Assembly: GCA_037190965.1 (NCBI GenBank)
Contig: JBBCKI010000028.1
Span: 64,001-128,000 of the forward strand
DNA length: 64,000 nucleotides
Source of the DNA: Chthoniobacteraceae bacterium
GTDB taxonomy: Bacteria; Verrucomicrobiota; Verrucomicrobiia; Chthoniobacterales; Chthoniobacteraceae
Direction of reading: 5' to 3'
Part shown: piece after piece, positions 26,772-36,052 of the stretch
How positions within the stretch are numbered: the stretch's first letter is position 1
How the letters are laid out: each line of letters begins with the position of its first letter
Translations under genes and position numbers: made by a program
Notes under the pieces: generated by a model
Told to the model about the DNA's origin: nothing
The model's input: only the letters and a program-made list of their open reading frames with translations
The model's database searches: none

Positions 26772-27524
26772 TCAGGCGGGAGAGGAATCCGACGAGAGAT
26801 CAGATTCGGATTTCCACGTCAGCCGGTAGCCGATGCCGCGAATGCTCTGTAGTTGCTCGCCCAAGGGACCAAGCTTTCCTCTCAACCGGCGCATGTGGGT
26901 ATTGATGGTCTTGTAATCGAGGGCTTGTCCGGATGAGCCGGACAAGGCCTTGGTGAGTTCCCGCTTTTCAACGACCAACCCGGGCTTTTTAATGAGCATC
27001 GACAGGAGTTTGAACTCCGTGCCGGTAAGGCGAACCGGATTTCCGAGGACTCGAACATCGTGGGCCACGGGATCAAAATGAAATTGTGGAGTCTGGATGA
27101 TAACCTGCTTCGGCAGGCAATTGCTTCGCCGCAGAAGCGAGCGAACGCGCAGCGCCACTTCCCGACCGACAAAAGGGGCCAGAATGCAGTCGTCGGCGCC
27201 CAGCTCCAGGGAAACGATACGCTCATAATCAGGCCCCTCAGCAAGTACGAGGACAGGGATGCTCTCCCAAGCCGGGTTTCCCCGGATGCGCTTGAGCAGA
27301 TCGAGCCCGGTGATGCCTGCGCTGGAGGCACTTAGAATGATGACTTGAAAGCTTCCAGCATTCAGGACCTGTTGAGCTTCCCTTCCGTCTGCTACGGAAA
27401 TGACCTCCAGTTGATCTTGCGAAAGAGTCCTGGAAATGGCCGTCCGTATAGCTTCATCCGGGTGATGAAGCAACACGACCGGGCTACCGTGGTGGTTTTG
27501 GCTGGTGAGACGAGCTGAGTGCAA
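26772..27524 (-). CDS. OmpR/PhoB-family DNA-binding regulator with a degenerate (pseudo-)receiver domain
   Basis: wHTH: LTGTEFKLL, TINTHMRRLRGKLG, SIRGIGYRL. Receiver lacks the acidic pocket, the phospho-Asp and the Lys. Start uncertain (TTG). Confidence 0.85.
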   Translation of the reverse strand: MHSARLTSQNHHGSPVVLLHHPDEAIRTAISRTLSQDQLEVISVADGREAQQVLNAGSFQVIILSASSAGITGLDLLKRIRGNPAWESIPVLVLAEGPDYERIVSLELGADDCILAPFVGREVALRVRSLLRRSNCLPKQVIIQTPQFHFDPVAHDVRVLGNPVRLTGTEFKLLSMLIKKPGLVVEKRELTKALSGSSGQALDYKTINTHMRRLRGKLGPLGEQLQSIRGIGYRLTWKSESDLSSDSSPA

Positions 27525-27646
27525 AGCGGCGAATGTTTTTTGCGGCGCGCATTTGGAGTTGTTGAAACTCCTCTCATGCGCGGCTGTTCTCCTGCTAATG
27601 CAATCAATCCTATCCCGAGGCAGACTTCTTCCTCAATGAGAGCATT

Positions 27647-27664
27647 GTTACATCTTGATGGCGG
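27647..27664 (-). promoter_or_regulatory. Pho-box-like 11-bp-period direct repeat upstream of the regulator pair
   Basis: Minus strand CCGCCATCAAGATGTAAC. Confidence 0.5.
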
Positions 27665-28002
27665 AACGGCTTCAATTTGGTGTCCGGAAGCGAGATTTGT
27701 GACAAAAACGTTCTTTATATATTTGAAATCAGAGCGAAGAGATTCGATGGCTTTGGTTCAAAATATTCCCGTCGGTTCCCATTAATAAAGGGGTTGAGAG
27801 CAATTGCTGGTTCGGGGGCGGAGTAGTTTTTGGCGAAGATTCATTGCTCCAAATGTATAACTTCCCGACGCCATAACGTTACAATCCGAACCTTGCGATA
27901 AAGGCGATCGTGAGATGAAAACATCTGCGTTGCGCGAACTATGCTTCGGGTGACAGGCGATCCAATCGCCATTCAGATAAAATAGAACCAACCAAAACTA
28001 TC

Positions 28003-28884
28003 ATGAAACTGACAAACTACATTCCCGCCGCGGTGGCGGCTATGGGGATTTGGATCGGGGCAGGAACCGTGCAGGCTCAGAACACTGCACACAATACAGG
28101 CGACCTCATCCTCGCCTTTCAGAACGTAGGCGGGGCCACCGGCTCTGATTCCGTCGTTCTGGTCAGCCTTGGCAATGCCGCCAATCTCTATCGTGGGCAG
28201 ACCGCGAGCACCTTGAATATCGCCAATGTCGGCACATTGCTGACCAACACCTTTGGGGCAAACTGGTGGGATTCGGGTACTGTCTCCATGAGCGCGCTTT
28301 CGGCCTGGAATAGCAGTGGGCTGAACACTTCGCTGCTCGATGGAGACCCCACCCGGACAGTTTACGTTTCGCAGGCGCGTACTGAGGCAGGTGTGTTTGG
28401 CGAGGCGGCTTCGGTCGGGTGGTCGGGCATCAGCGGCAGCAATCTTTCCACGGCGGCAACACGCATGCTTCAGGTTGCGGGCAACCTGGAGGGCGGAGGC
28501 GAAGGTTTTGCTCTGGCGATTTCAACCTCGACTTCGCACTACGACGACAACAATCCCTTTGTTGGCTCGAATCAGGGCACCGCATACACGGTCTTCCCCG
28601 GTGGAACGCAGTACATATTCAACCTTGGAAACTTCGGTGAGTTCGGCGGTGTCCTCGCTGAAGGGGTTCTCGACCTCTATCGCTTCCAGGCCCGCAACGA
28701 TCTCGTAGGCCAGTATGGTTACGGTGAATCCAATGGGGTTGGTGCCTATCAGGGCTCTTTGGCAATCGATCAGAACGGCAACATCTCTTATCTCGCCGTG
28801 CCTGAGCCGGGCTCGATGATCCTTCTTGGTGCCGCCGGCCTGGCGTTGGTTGCCCGCCGCCGTTTCAAAAAGACTGTTTCCTAA
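28003..28884 (+). CDS. PEP-CTERM sorting-domain protein
   Basis: Signal peptide (VQA|QNT); GDLILAF, LDLY motifs; VPEPGSMILLGAAGLALVARRRFKK. Confidence 0.93.
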   Translation: MKLTNYIPAAVAAMGIWIGAGTVQAQNTAHNTGDLILAFQNVGGATGSDSVVLVSLGNAANLYRGQTASTLNIANVGTLLTNTFGANWWDSGTVSMSALSAWNSSGLNTSLLDGDPTRTVYVSQARTEAGVFGEAASVGWSGISGSNLSTAATRMLQVAGNLEGGGEGFALAISTSTSHYDDNNPFVGSNQGTAYTVFPGGTQYIFNLGNFGEFGGVLAEGVLDLYRFQARNDLVGQYGYGESNGVGAYQGSLAIDQNGNISYLAVPEPGSMILLGAAGLALVARRRFKKTVS

Positions 28885-28931
28885 AACTAACACCCGCAAA
28901 CGTTAATAATCGACATAACACCACTTACCTT

Positions 28932-30197
28932 ATGAAAAAGCAGCTTATTCTCGCCGCCAGCGCTTTGGCGCTAGGTTTCATGTCTTCCGCGCAGGCAGAC
29001 GTTGAGATTCGGATCACCGGTGCCTCAGCCTTCAGGCAGGCAACGCTCCGGACCATCAAGGCCAGGTTTGATTCGCAGGGTGCCCTGGGCACTTCCTACA
29101 GCTTCGCTCACGACAAGGCAACCGGTGGAACCAACTATGATGGTTCGACCCGCTCGGTTTGGAAGGGCAAGTTCCCCGGCGTCACCGGCGTTACCACCAT
29201 CCGCTGTAACTTCACCGGTTCCGTTGAAGGCATTCGCGCCATCGCTCTTGGCGGCAGCTATAATGAAACCTACCTGACCGACGCGGCAATCACCGGCACG
29301 GGTGAAATCGGCAATGCCTCTTCGCCCACTTCGCAGATGTCGGCAAAGTTTGCCTTCTCCGACGTTCTGCAGAGCTCCACTCCCATCACCAGCCCGACTC
29401 TTTCCCCTGGTGATCCTCGCGTCGGGGTGGTGACCTTCACGATGCTGGCCAACGAAGGAGCTCCCGCCGGTCTCACCAACGTCACCTCGCAACAGGCTCG
29501 CGCCTTGGTGTCCAATGGCTACCAACCTCTGAGCCTGTTTACCGGTAAAGATACTGATAGTGAGACGTATGTTTTCGCGGTTGGCCGTAATGACGGCTCC
29601 GGAACCCGCACCTTGTACTTGGCTGAAATCGGCTATGGGATCACCAACGCTGTGAACCAGTACGTTTCGACCGTCTCTACTTCCAACGAAATTACGACGC
29701 TGCAACGCACGCCGGCCGGTGGTGCCTACAAATCGACGGTTTGGGGTTCTGACCAGGATGGCAATGGTGGTTACTCCAGCGGCAGCAATGTTCGCGATGA
29801 CTTCGGCAAGACGACGGCATCGCCAACGGTCATCGACGCTGATGGGTCTGAGTTGATTTCGGGCACACCGATTCACCTGATCACCTGGCTCTCCACCGGG
29901 GACGCGAAAACAGCAATCGCCAACGGCGCGAAGGCTCTTGCATACAACGGCGTGTCGATTGATGCGACCGCAGCGCCCTTGAGCGCCGCTGATCAGATGA
30001 AGGTTACAAGCGGCCAGTATACCGCATGGGGCTATGAAAACCTCTACTACAACGGCAGCCTGTCGACTGACGAAAATACCGTCTACACGGCCATCAAGAG
30101 CGGCATCCCAAGCTTGATCGGCAGTTCTGGAGCAGGAATTCCGATGAGCCAGATGACTGTTTCCCGTTCGGATGACGGCGGAACCGTGGCTCCGTAA
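28932..30197 (+). CDS. Secreted PstS/DING-like (phosphate-binding fold) protein
   Basis: Signal peptide (AQA|DVE); ITGASAF (cf. PstS GAGATF), GSVEGI, FAFSDV, GRNDGSGTR (cf. PstS RSDGSGTT), SGQYTAWGYE. Confidence 0.7.
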   Translation: MKKQLILAASALALGFMSSAQADVEIRITGASAFRQATLRTIKARFDSQGALGTSYSFAHDKATGGTNYDGSTRSVWKGKFPGVTGVTTIRCNFTGSVEGIRAIALGGSYNETYLTDAAITGTGEIGNASSPTSQMSAKFAFSDVLQSSTPITSPTLSPGDPRVGVVTFTMLANEGAPAGLTNVTSQQARALVSNGYQPLSLFTGKDTDSETYVFAVGRNDGSGTRTLYLAEIGYGITNAVNQYVSTVSTSNEITTLQRTPAGGAYKSTVWGSDQDGNGGYSSGSNVRDDFGKTTASPTVIDADGSELISGTPIHLITWLSTGDAKTAIANGAKALAYNGVSIDATAAPLSAADQMKVTSGQYTAWGYENLYYNGSLSTDENTVYTAIKSGIPSLIGSSGAGIPMSQMTVSRSDDGGTVAP

Positions 30198-30234
30198 GCA
30201 TCTGAAAAATCGCATTGTCGGTTAGGTTAGCAAT

Positions 30235-30264
30235 GGTGCCGGGGGAGACCCCGGCACCTATTTT
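30235..30264 (+). terminator. Rho-independent terminator
   Basis: GGTGCCGGGG-GAGA-CCCCGGCACC followed by TATTTT, 38 nt after the stop. Confidence 0.75.
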
Positions 30265-30272
30265 ATGATCCT

Positions 30273-30926
30273 ATGAATAGAGAAATCCTGATTGGCCTGT
30301 CTTCCGGGGCATTGTGTACAGTGATCGGCGCGATCTGGCTCAATGGGAGTTCCCCATCGGAGCCTTCTTTGCCGGTCCAGAGTGACAGCGGTAGGGTGGC
30401 AAGAGTGGCATCAGATTCCCCGATGAACCCGGCTCTGATGTCATCTTCCGACGCTCTGGCCTCTGTCCCTGGAGCGGCGGCGAACGTTGGAAGATCAGCT
30501 TCTGTTCAAAAGGCGAGCGAGGCGCGGGAAGAGGTTTGGAAAGCGAGGTCACAGCAGTCACCTGCAACAAATCCGGCATTGGCAAAACCCGTAGCCATTT
30601 CGGCCTCACATGGAGGAAACGGCACTGATATCTATCAAATAATCGAAGGAGCCATGGCGGATGGATTTCGACTGCCTGCCGCTTTGATTCAAGAGCCGAG
30701 CGGCGACACTTCGGGGCAGCAGCAAGCGGCTCTTGCCCGGATTGAAGAAGAGTTCTTGATGGCAATTCAGGCGGATACAGGCGTGAACGGGGACGTATAC
30801 CAGGATGAGCAATGGGAAGCGGCCCAAGCGAAGGCCGATGAGCGCTACAGGGCTCTTATGGGGCAGGACGCCTACAATTTCAAAGGGGTCGAGTCAGCGA
30901 CGAATACCCTTTGGAGTGAGCCGTAA
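30273..30926 (+). CDS. Hypothetical membrane-anchored protein
   Basis: N-terminal hydrophobic anchor, Ser/Ala/Pro linker, helical C-terminal domain (WEAAQAKADERYRALMGQDAY). Confidence 0.7.
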   Translation: MNREILIGLSSGALCTVIGAIWLNGSSPSEPSLPVQSDSGRVARVASDSPMNPALMSSSDALASVPGAAANVGRSASVQKASEAREEVWKARSQQSPATNPALAKPVAISASHGGNGTDIYQIIEGAMADGFRLPAALIQEPSGDTSGQQQAALARIEEEFLMAIQADTGVNGDVYQDEQWEAAQAKADERYRALMGQDAYNFKGVESATNTLWSEP

Positions 30927-30941
30927 GGGATCGTATTTGAA

Positions 30942-31832
30942 CTAGATCTTTCGGGGAGCCGGCTTCGCCCGCATTGCGTCTGCCTGGCTTTGGGCTTTCT
31001 CAACATCGGCTTCTGGGACGTTGGGAAGGACCTCCTGCAACGTTTTCGCAGCGGTGATTTCCTGTTGACCGGCCGCCAGGATCAACCATTTAAGCGCCTC
31101 GATACGCCTGCTTTCATTGGAATTCGCAGGATTGATGAGATGGCCGAGATTGCTTCGGGCTCTGATGTTCCCCGAATGAGCAGCTTTTGTGAACCAAATC
31201 TCTGCGGTTTCAATATCGATCTCCGTACCGAGCCCATCACGAAACATGACGCCCACGGTATTCTGGGGTTCGACCATCCCTGCCTCGGCGGCCTTGAGCA
31301 GCCAGCGAAGGGCCAAATTATAGTCTTTGGGAATCCCGAGCCCGAAGTAATAGTGCTCCCCCAATTCCTGCATCGCTTCATGCAAACCGGCTTCCGCCGC
31401 TTTGCGGATCCAGTCGAGTCCGTTTTCGTTGCGAGCCTCGACGCGCCCGCCTTGAATCAGTTTGCCGAGATTCAGCATCGCTTTCGGGCTGCCAAGTTCA
31501 GCGCCCTTTCGAAACCAACGGGCCGCTTCGATGTCATCGTTTTCAACACCGCCCGTTCCGGTTGAATAGAAGTATCCCACGCCTCCCACCGCATCCGGAT
31601 ATCCTTTTTCTGCGGCTGCCTTCATGAGTTCAAGCGCCATGGCCCGGTCTTCCTTGACGCCTTGGCCTAGAAGGTAACGACGGGCCGCCTGGAACTGGGC
31701 GGATCCATCGGTTTCATCCGATGCGGGGGCGGACGTACGATCGCCGGCTTCCGCGAAGGTGGGAATGGAGAGTGGGGCGAGAGTCAGTACATTGCACAAT
31801 AGCAGTGGGAGAATGAGGCTGTTTGGCTTCAT
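30942..31832 (-). CDS. Sel1-repeat (TPR-like) exported protein
   Basis: Signal peptide from MKPNSL; repeats AMQELGEHYYFGLGIPKDYNLALRWLLKAAEAG, PQNTVGVMFRDGLGTEID..AEIWFTKAA. Confidence 0.93.
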   Translation of the reverse strand: MKPNSLILPLLLCNVLTLAPLSIPTFAEAGDRTSAPASDETDGSAQFQAARRYLLGQGVKEDRAMALELMKAAAEKGYPDAVGGVGYFYSTGTGGVENDDIEAARWFRKGAELGSPKAMLNLGKLIQGGRVEARNENGLDWIRKAAEAGLHEAMQELGEHYYFGLGIPKDYNLALRWLLKAAEAGMVEPQNTVGVMFRDGLGTEIDIETAEIWFTKAAHSGNIRARSNLGHLINPANSNESRRIEALKWLILAAGQQEITAAKTLQEVLPNVPEADVEKAQSQADAMRAKPAPRKI

Positions 31833-31867
31833 AGGTCTCAAATATCAAATTCAACGGGCGTCTTCAC

Positions 31868-31885
31868 GTTACGATTTGATGACGG
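31868..31885 (-). promoter_or_regulatory. Pho-box-like repeat upstream of the Sel1 gene
   Basis: Minus strand CCGTCATCAAATCGTAAC (GTCAT/GTAAC 11 bp apart). Confidence 0.55.
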
Positions 31886-32062
31886 TGTCGACTTTGCCTC
31901 CGCGCGGAAGAACCTGCCTATTCAATGGAAAGCGACAAATTGGCGACTATTCGATGGGGATTTTGTGAACGCAGGGCATCGATTTTGATGTGGCGGGCGC
32001 GATTTACAGAGGTTCATTGCCGGTTTTCAAATTAGTGGACCTTGGGGGGCGGAAGCATCTTC

Positions 32063-32080
32063 CCGTCACTGAATTGTTAC
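32063..32080 (+). promoter_or_regulatory. Pho-box-like repeat upstream of the TpsB-Exb-TpsA operon
   Basis: CCGTCACTGAATTGTTAC (GTCAC/GTTAC 11 bp apart). Confidence 0.55.
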
Positions 32081-32139
32081 CTTTCCGGAATTGCTGCTTC
32101 GGCGAAGGGATCGATAGGTTCTCTGCGTCCGAGAAACCA

Positions 32140-33762
32140 ATGGATAGTTATTCCATGGCAGTCAAAATTGATCCTCTAGTTCTAAGTTTAGCGTGGAGTC
32201 GACTCGCTGCATTTTCTTTGCTCGCATGCACCGGCTCCTTTGTTCGCGTGCATGCCGAGGACGAGGTGGCCGTTCAAAAGTTCAACGTTCGCGAATACCG
32301 GGTTCTGGGTGTTCGGGAGGTGCCGAAGGTTGAGGTCGAGGCTGCTGTTTATCCTTTCATGGGCCCCTCCCGCACGGCTGACGACGTTGAGAATGCGCGT
32401 ACGGCAATCGAGAAGGTCTATCAGGATAGGGGATTTGGGGCTGTTTCGGTGGAAATTCCCACACAAGATCCGCGTCAGGGTATGATCGTTCTGCGCGTTC
32501 ATGAAGGGCGCGTGGGAAAGCTCCGTGTAAAGGGGGCTCTTTTCTATTCTCCCGCCGACATCAAGGAACGCGCACGCTCGCTGGCGGAAGGCCGAGTGAT
32601 CAATTTTAATGCAGTCAATCGTGACATCGTTGGCTTGAATCAACTGGCCGACCGACGGGTGACGCCGAAGTTGCGGGCCGGTGAGGAACCGGGAACCGTC
32701 GATATCGATCTGGAGGTGAAGGACACCTTTCCGATGCACGGAAGTATCGAACTCAACAACCGCTATAGTGCTAACACCACTCCGCTCCGCCTCAATGCCT
32801 CATTGAGCTATGGTAATCTTTGGCAGGCAGGGCATTCGATAGGGGGAAGCTTCCAAACCTCCCCGCAGGATCCGGAGGAAGTGAATGTTTTCTCGGGCTT
32901 TTATTTGGCGCGATTCAAGGGGTGGGACTCATTGAGCCTGATGGTCCAAGGGAGCAAGCAGGATAGCAATGTCTCCACCCTTGGAGCGGTAGCCGTCGCA
33001 GGCAAGGGCGAAACGCTCGGAGCCCGTTTGATTCTGACGTTGGAACCCATGAACGGGTTCATGCATAACGTCGCCTTTGGCATCGATTACAAGCACTACA
33101 ATAATGCCGTGACGCTGGCGGATATCACAATGGAGACGCCGCTTACGTACTATCCGTTTACCCTGGGGTATAACGCGATGTGGATGCAGGAGAAGGGGCT
33201 TACCGAGTTTAATGCCAACGTGGTCTGGGGGCTGCGAGGCTTCGGAAGCCGTATAGCAAAGTACGATGCAAATCGTTATGCAGCCGATGGCAACTTCTTC
33301 TTCCTGCGAAGCGACCTCTCGCATACCCACAAGCTGCCAAAAGGGTTTGAGGTCTATGGTAAGGTTCAGGGGCAGATCTCCGGGGCTCCCCTTGTGAGTA
33401 ATGAACAATTCGGCGGCGGCGGTCTGGGGACCGTTCGTGGTTACCTGGAGGCAGAGGTCGTCGGCGATAACGCCTTCTTTGGAAGCCTTGAGTTTCGCAG
33501 TCCGGAGTTGATCGATTGGCTGCCGTGGAAAGGGAACAGTTTTCGCCTCTACACCTTTGGGGAGGCAGGCACGGTTGCCCTTCTGGAACCGTTGCCTGAG
33601 CAGGAAGAGAGATTCGAACTGGCCAGTGTTGGCGTTGGTGGGCGGATGCAGCTTCTCAACTACTTGAACGGCTCTTTGGATATTTCTCTTCCACTCATCG
33701 AACAAGCCCAAACAAAGGCCTACCGACCATTCCTGACCTTCCGGGTCTGGGCTGATTTCTAA
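32140..33762 (+). CDS. ShlB/FhaC/HecB-family two-partner-secretion outer-membrane transporter (TpsB)
   Basis: Start at 32140 or 32155 gives a signal peptide; POTRA (YQDRGF..V.IPTQ, VHEGRV); EQFGGGGLGTVRGYLE (VRGY motif); C-terminal Phe. Confidence 0.93.
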   Translation: MDSYSMAVKIDPLVLSLAWSRLAAFSLLACTGSFVRVHAEDEVAVQKFNVREYRVLGVREVPKVEVEAAVYPFMGPSRTADDVENARTAIEKVYQDRGFGAVSVEIPTQDPRQGMIVLRVHEGRVGKLRVKGALFYSPADIKERARSLAEGRVINFNAVNRDIVGLNQLADRRVTPKLRAGEEPGTVDIDLEVKDTFPMHGSIELNNRYSANTTPLRLNASLSYGNLWQAGHSIGGSFQTSPQDPEEVNVFSGFYLARFKGWDSLSLMVQGSKQDSNVSTLGAVAVAGKGETLGARLILTLEPMNGFMHNVAFGIDYKHYNNAVTLADITMETPLTYYPFTLGYNAMWMQEKGLTEFNANVVWGLRGFGSRIAKYDANRYAADGNFFFLRSDLSHTHKLPKGFEVYGKVQGQISGAPLVSNEQFGGGGLGTVRGYLEAEVVGDNAFFGSLEFRSPELIDWLPWKGNSFRLYTFGEAGTVALLEPLPEQEERFELASVGVGGRMQLLNYLNGSLDISLPLIEQAQTKAYRPFLTFRVWADF

Positions 33763-33777
33763 AATAATACCGAAAGC

Positions 33778-35628
33778 ATGAAACGCTTGAACCGACCCTT
33801 TAAACTGTTGCAGATTGCCGGAGTGCTCTCGTCGACGCTCTGGGCCAGCCCGGCCCAAGCCTGGTGGAGCCCTGATTGGGCCATTCGCAAGCAGGTCACG
33901 ATTGATGCGACCTCCAAGGAGGCTGCAATCTCCGGTCCTGTTGAGAATGCAACCGTGCTTATTCGTTTGCATGACGGGAATTTCCAGTTCGCCAACGCGG
34001 CGGAAGATGGAAGCGACATTCGTCTGATCGCCACTGACGACAAAACGCCGTTGAGCTTTCATATTGAGAAGTACGACTCCCTTTTAAGCGAAGGGTTTAT
34101 CTGGGTGAAGCTGCCGGAAGTTAAGGCGGGCGAGAAGACCACCTTCTGGCTATATTATTCACACGGGAAGGGTCAGGCGGAACGCGTGGAGAACGCGAAA
34201 GCGACTTATGCCGACCAGGCTGACTTGGTCTTTCACTTCGCCGAGCAGGGGAGTGCTCCCAACGACGCCTCCGGAAATGGAAACAATGCCGACAAGGCCG
34301 GGATTTCGTCTTCAGGGGCGATGGTGGGGAGCGGTCTGCGATTGGCTGGGGCGGCTCCTTTGAGTATTGCGCCAGCGCCTTCCCTCGAATGGAACCGTGG
34401 AGGCACCTTGTCATGGTCCGCCTGGATAAAACCGGCGGACCATCAGTCGAACGCGATTCTCTTCAGCCGTCGGGATGGTGGCAATGCGTTCGTCATCGGC
34501 TTTGACGAAGGGGTGCCTTACGTCGAGGTGACCGAAGGTGGCGCAGTCCAGCGGGGATCGGCCAAAGAACCTTTGTCCGTCAATAGCTGGCATCATCTGG
34601 CTTTTGTAGCGGCCAATGGCGAAATCGCTATCTATGTAGATGGTGAGCCTGTCTCCCCTTTGGCGGCATCTTTGCCGGGCCTCAAAGCCGCATTGTTGTT
34701 GGGTGGCGATAGTGCGGAGATTTCCGGGGCAAACAGTTTTCTTGGCGAGATCGATGAACTTCAGATCTCGAAGATTCCTTTGTCCCCTGCGGCCATCAAG
34801 TTTGCCTCGTTAGTGCAGGGTGGCGACAAGGCTTCGTTGCTTCTCTCCATCGGCGAAGACGAAATGCCCAAGGGGCTTTTCGATTTTATGAACGGCGGGT
34901 TCATGGGGATCATTATGGGATCGCTCACCATAGACGGCTGGATCGTGATTGGCATCCTCGTCGTGATGTTCATTATCAGCTGGTGGGTGATGTTAAGCAA
35001 AGTGGGCTACCTCAACAGGGTGGCCAAGGCTAACTTGATCTTTGTCGAGGAATGGGAGCATGTGGCCGGCAACTTCGCGATTCTCGATCAAGGTGACGAT
35101 GCCCACGTGCAGAACCTCGGCGGACGGATCAGCGATCAAAGGCAGAAAGAGTTTCTCAGTTCGACGGTGTATCGCATTTATCACCAGGGCGTGAAGGAAG
35201 TGCGAACCCGCGTGGCGGCGGACAGGGCGCGTGGCAGCAAAAAGGGTCTCTCGGGTCGTTCGATGTCCGCCATTCGGGCCAGCCTCGATGGCAGCTTCGT
35301 TCGGGAGATGGCACGCCTCAACAGTAACATGGTGTTACTGACGATTGCGATTTCCGGCGGGCCATTCCTCGGTTTGTTGGGAACGGTGGTCGGCGTGATG
35401 ATCACCTTCGCCGCCGTGGCGGAAGCGGGTGACGTCAACGTCAACGCCATCGCTCCCGGGATTGCCGCGGCCCTTGCCGCGACAGTGGCGGGCCTGGCCG
35501 TCGCGATTCCCGCGCTCTTTGGTTACAACTATCTGCTCTCCCGGGTGAAGGAGGCGTCGACCGCGATGCAAATCTTCATCGACGAGTTCATCACCAAGGC
35601 CGGTGAGTTCTACGACAACGCTCAATAA
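33778..35628 (+). CDS. DUF2341 + LamG domain-containing MotA/TolQ/ExbB proton-channel protein
   Basis: WWSPDWAIRKQVTID, DGSDIRL, IWVKLP (DUF2341); WHHLAFV..IYVDG, GEIDELQIS (LamG); GPFLGLLGTVVGVMITF, GIAAALAATVAGLAVAIPA (ExbB). Confidence 0.93.
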   Translation: MKRLNRPFKLLQIAGVLSSTLWASPAQAWWSPDWAIRKQVTIDATSKEAAISGPVENATVLIRLHDGNFQFANAAEDGSDIRLIATDDKTPLSFHIEKYDSLLSEGFIWVKLPEVKAGEKTTFWLYYSHGKGQAERVENAKATYADQADLVFHFAEQGSAPNDASGNGNNADKAGISSSGAMVGSGLRLAGAAPLSIAPAPSLEWNRGGTLSWSAWIKPADHQSNAILFSRRDGGNAFVIGFDEGVPYVEVTEGGAVQRGSAKEPLSVNSWHHLAFVAANGEIAIYVDGEPVSPLAASLPGLKAALLLGGDSAEISGANSFLGEIDELQISKIPLSPAAIKFASLVQGGDKASLLLSIGEDEMPKGLFDFMNGGFMGIIMGSLTIDGWIVIGILVVMFIISWWVMLSKVGYLNRVAKANLIFVEEWEHVAGNFAILDQGDDAHVQNLGGRISDQRQKEFLSSTVYRIYHQGVKEVRTRVAADRARGSKKGLSGRSMSAIRASLDGSFVREMARLNSNMVLLTIAISGGPFLGLLGTVVGVMITFAAVAEAGDVNVNAIAPGIAAALAATVAGLAVAIPALFGYNYLLSRVKEASTAMQIFIDEFITKAGEFYDNAQ

Positions 35629-35643
35629 TAGAACTCCTGAGCC

Positions 35644-36048
35644 ATGCAAGTCCAAGGCGAAGACAAACCGTACGACGATATCAACATCACGCCGATGCTC
35701 GATCTGGCGTACGTGTTGCTCGTCATCTTCATTCTGATGTGCACGGCTTCGGTGCAAGGGATGAAAGTGAACCTCCCGAAAGCGAGCGCAGGAGCGCCGA
35801 GCCTTGCAAAACCCAAGACCAAGGCGATCACCATCAATAATGAGGGGAAGATCTTTCTCGATACCGTTCCCGTCACGATTCCAGAGCTGGAGCAACGGTT
35901 GAACGCACAGCGGTCACTAACTCCTGACTTCCCGGTGGTCGTGCGTGGTGACGCGCGTACCCAGTACCAGACGGTGATGGATGTCCTTGATGTGATGGGG
36001 CGTTTGGGGATTTCGCAGGTTGGGTTGGCTACGAAACCACAAAAGTAG
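35644..36048 (+). CDS. exbD: Biopolymer transporter ExbD/TolR
   Basis: INITPMLDLAYVLLVIFI with the conserved TM Asp; VNLPKA; VVVRGD...YQTVMDVLD. Confidence 0.95.
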   Translation: MQVQGEDKPYDDINITPMLDLAYVLLVIFILMCTASVQGMKVNLPKASAGAPSLAKPKTKAITINNEGKIFLDTVPVTIPELEQRLNAQRSLTPDFPVVVRGDARTQYQTVMDVLDVMGRLGISQVGLATKPQK

Positions 36049-36052
36049 GTCC

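Noticed and set aside
27860..27960. Pho box upstream of the 28003 PEP-CTERM gene
   Set aside because: Only isolated half-sites (GTTAC at 27878) without a good partner at 11 bp
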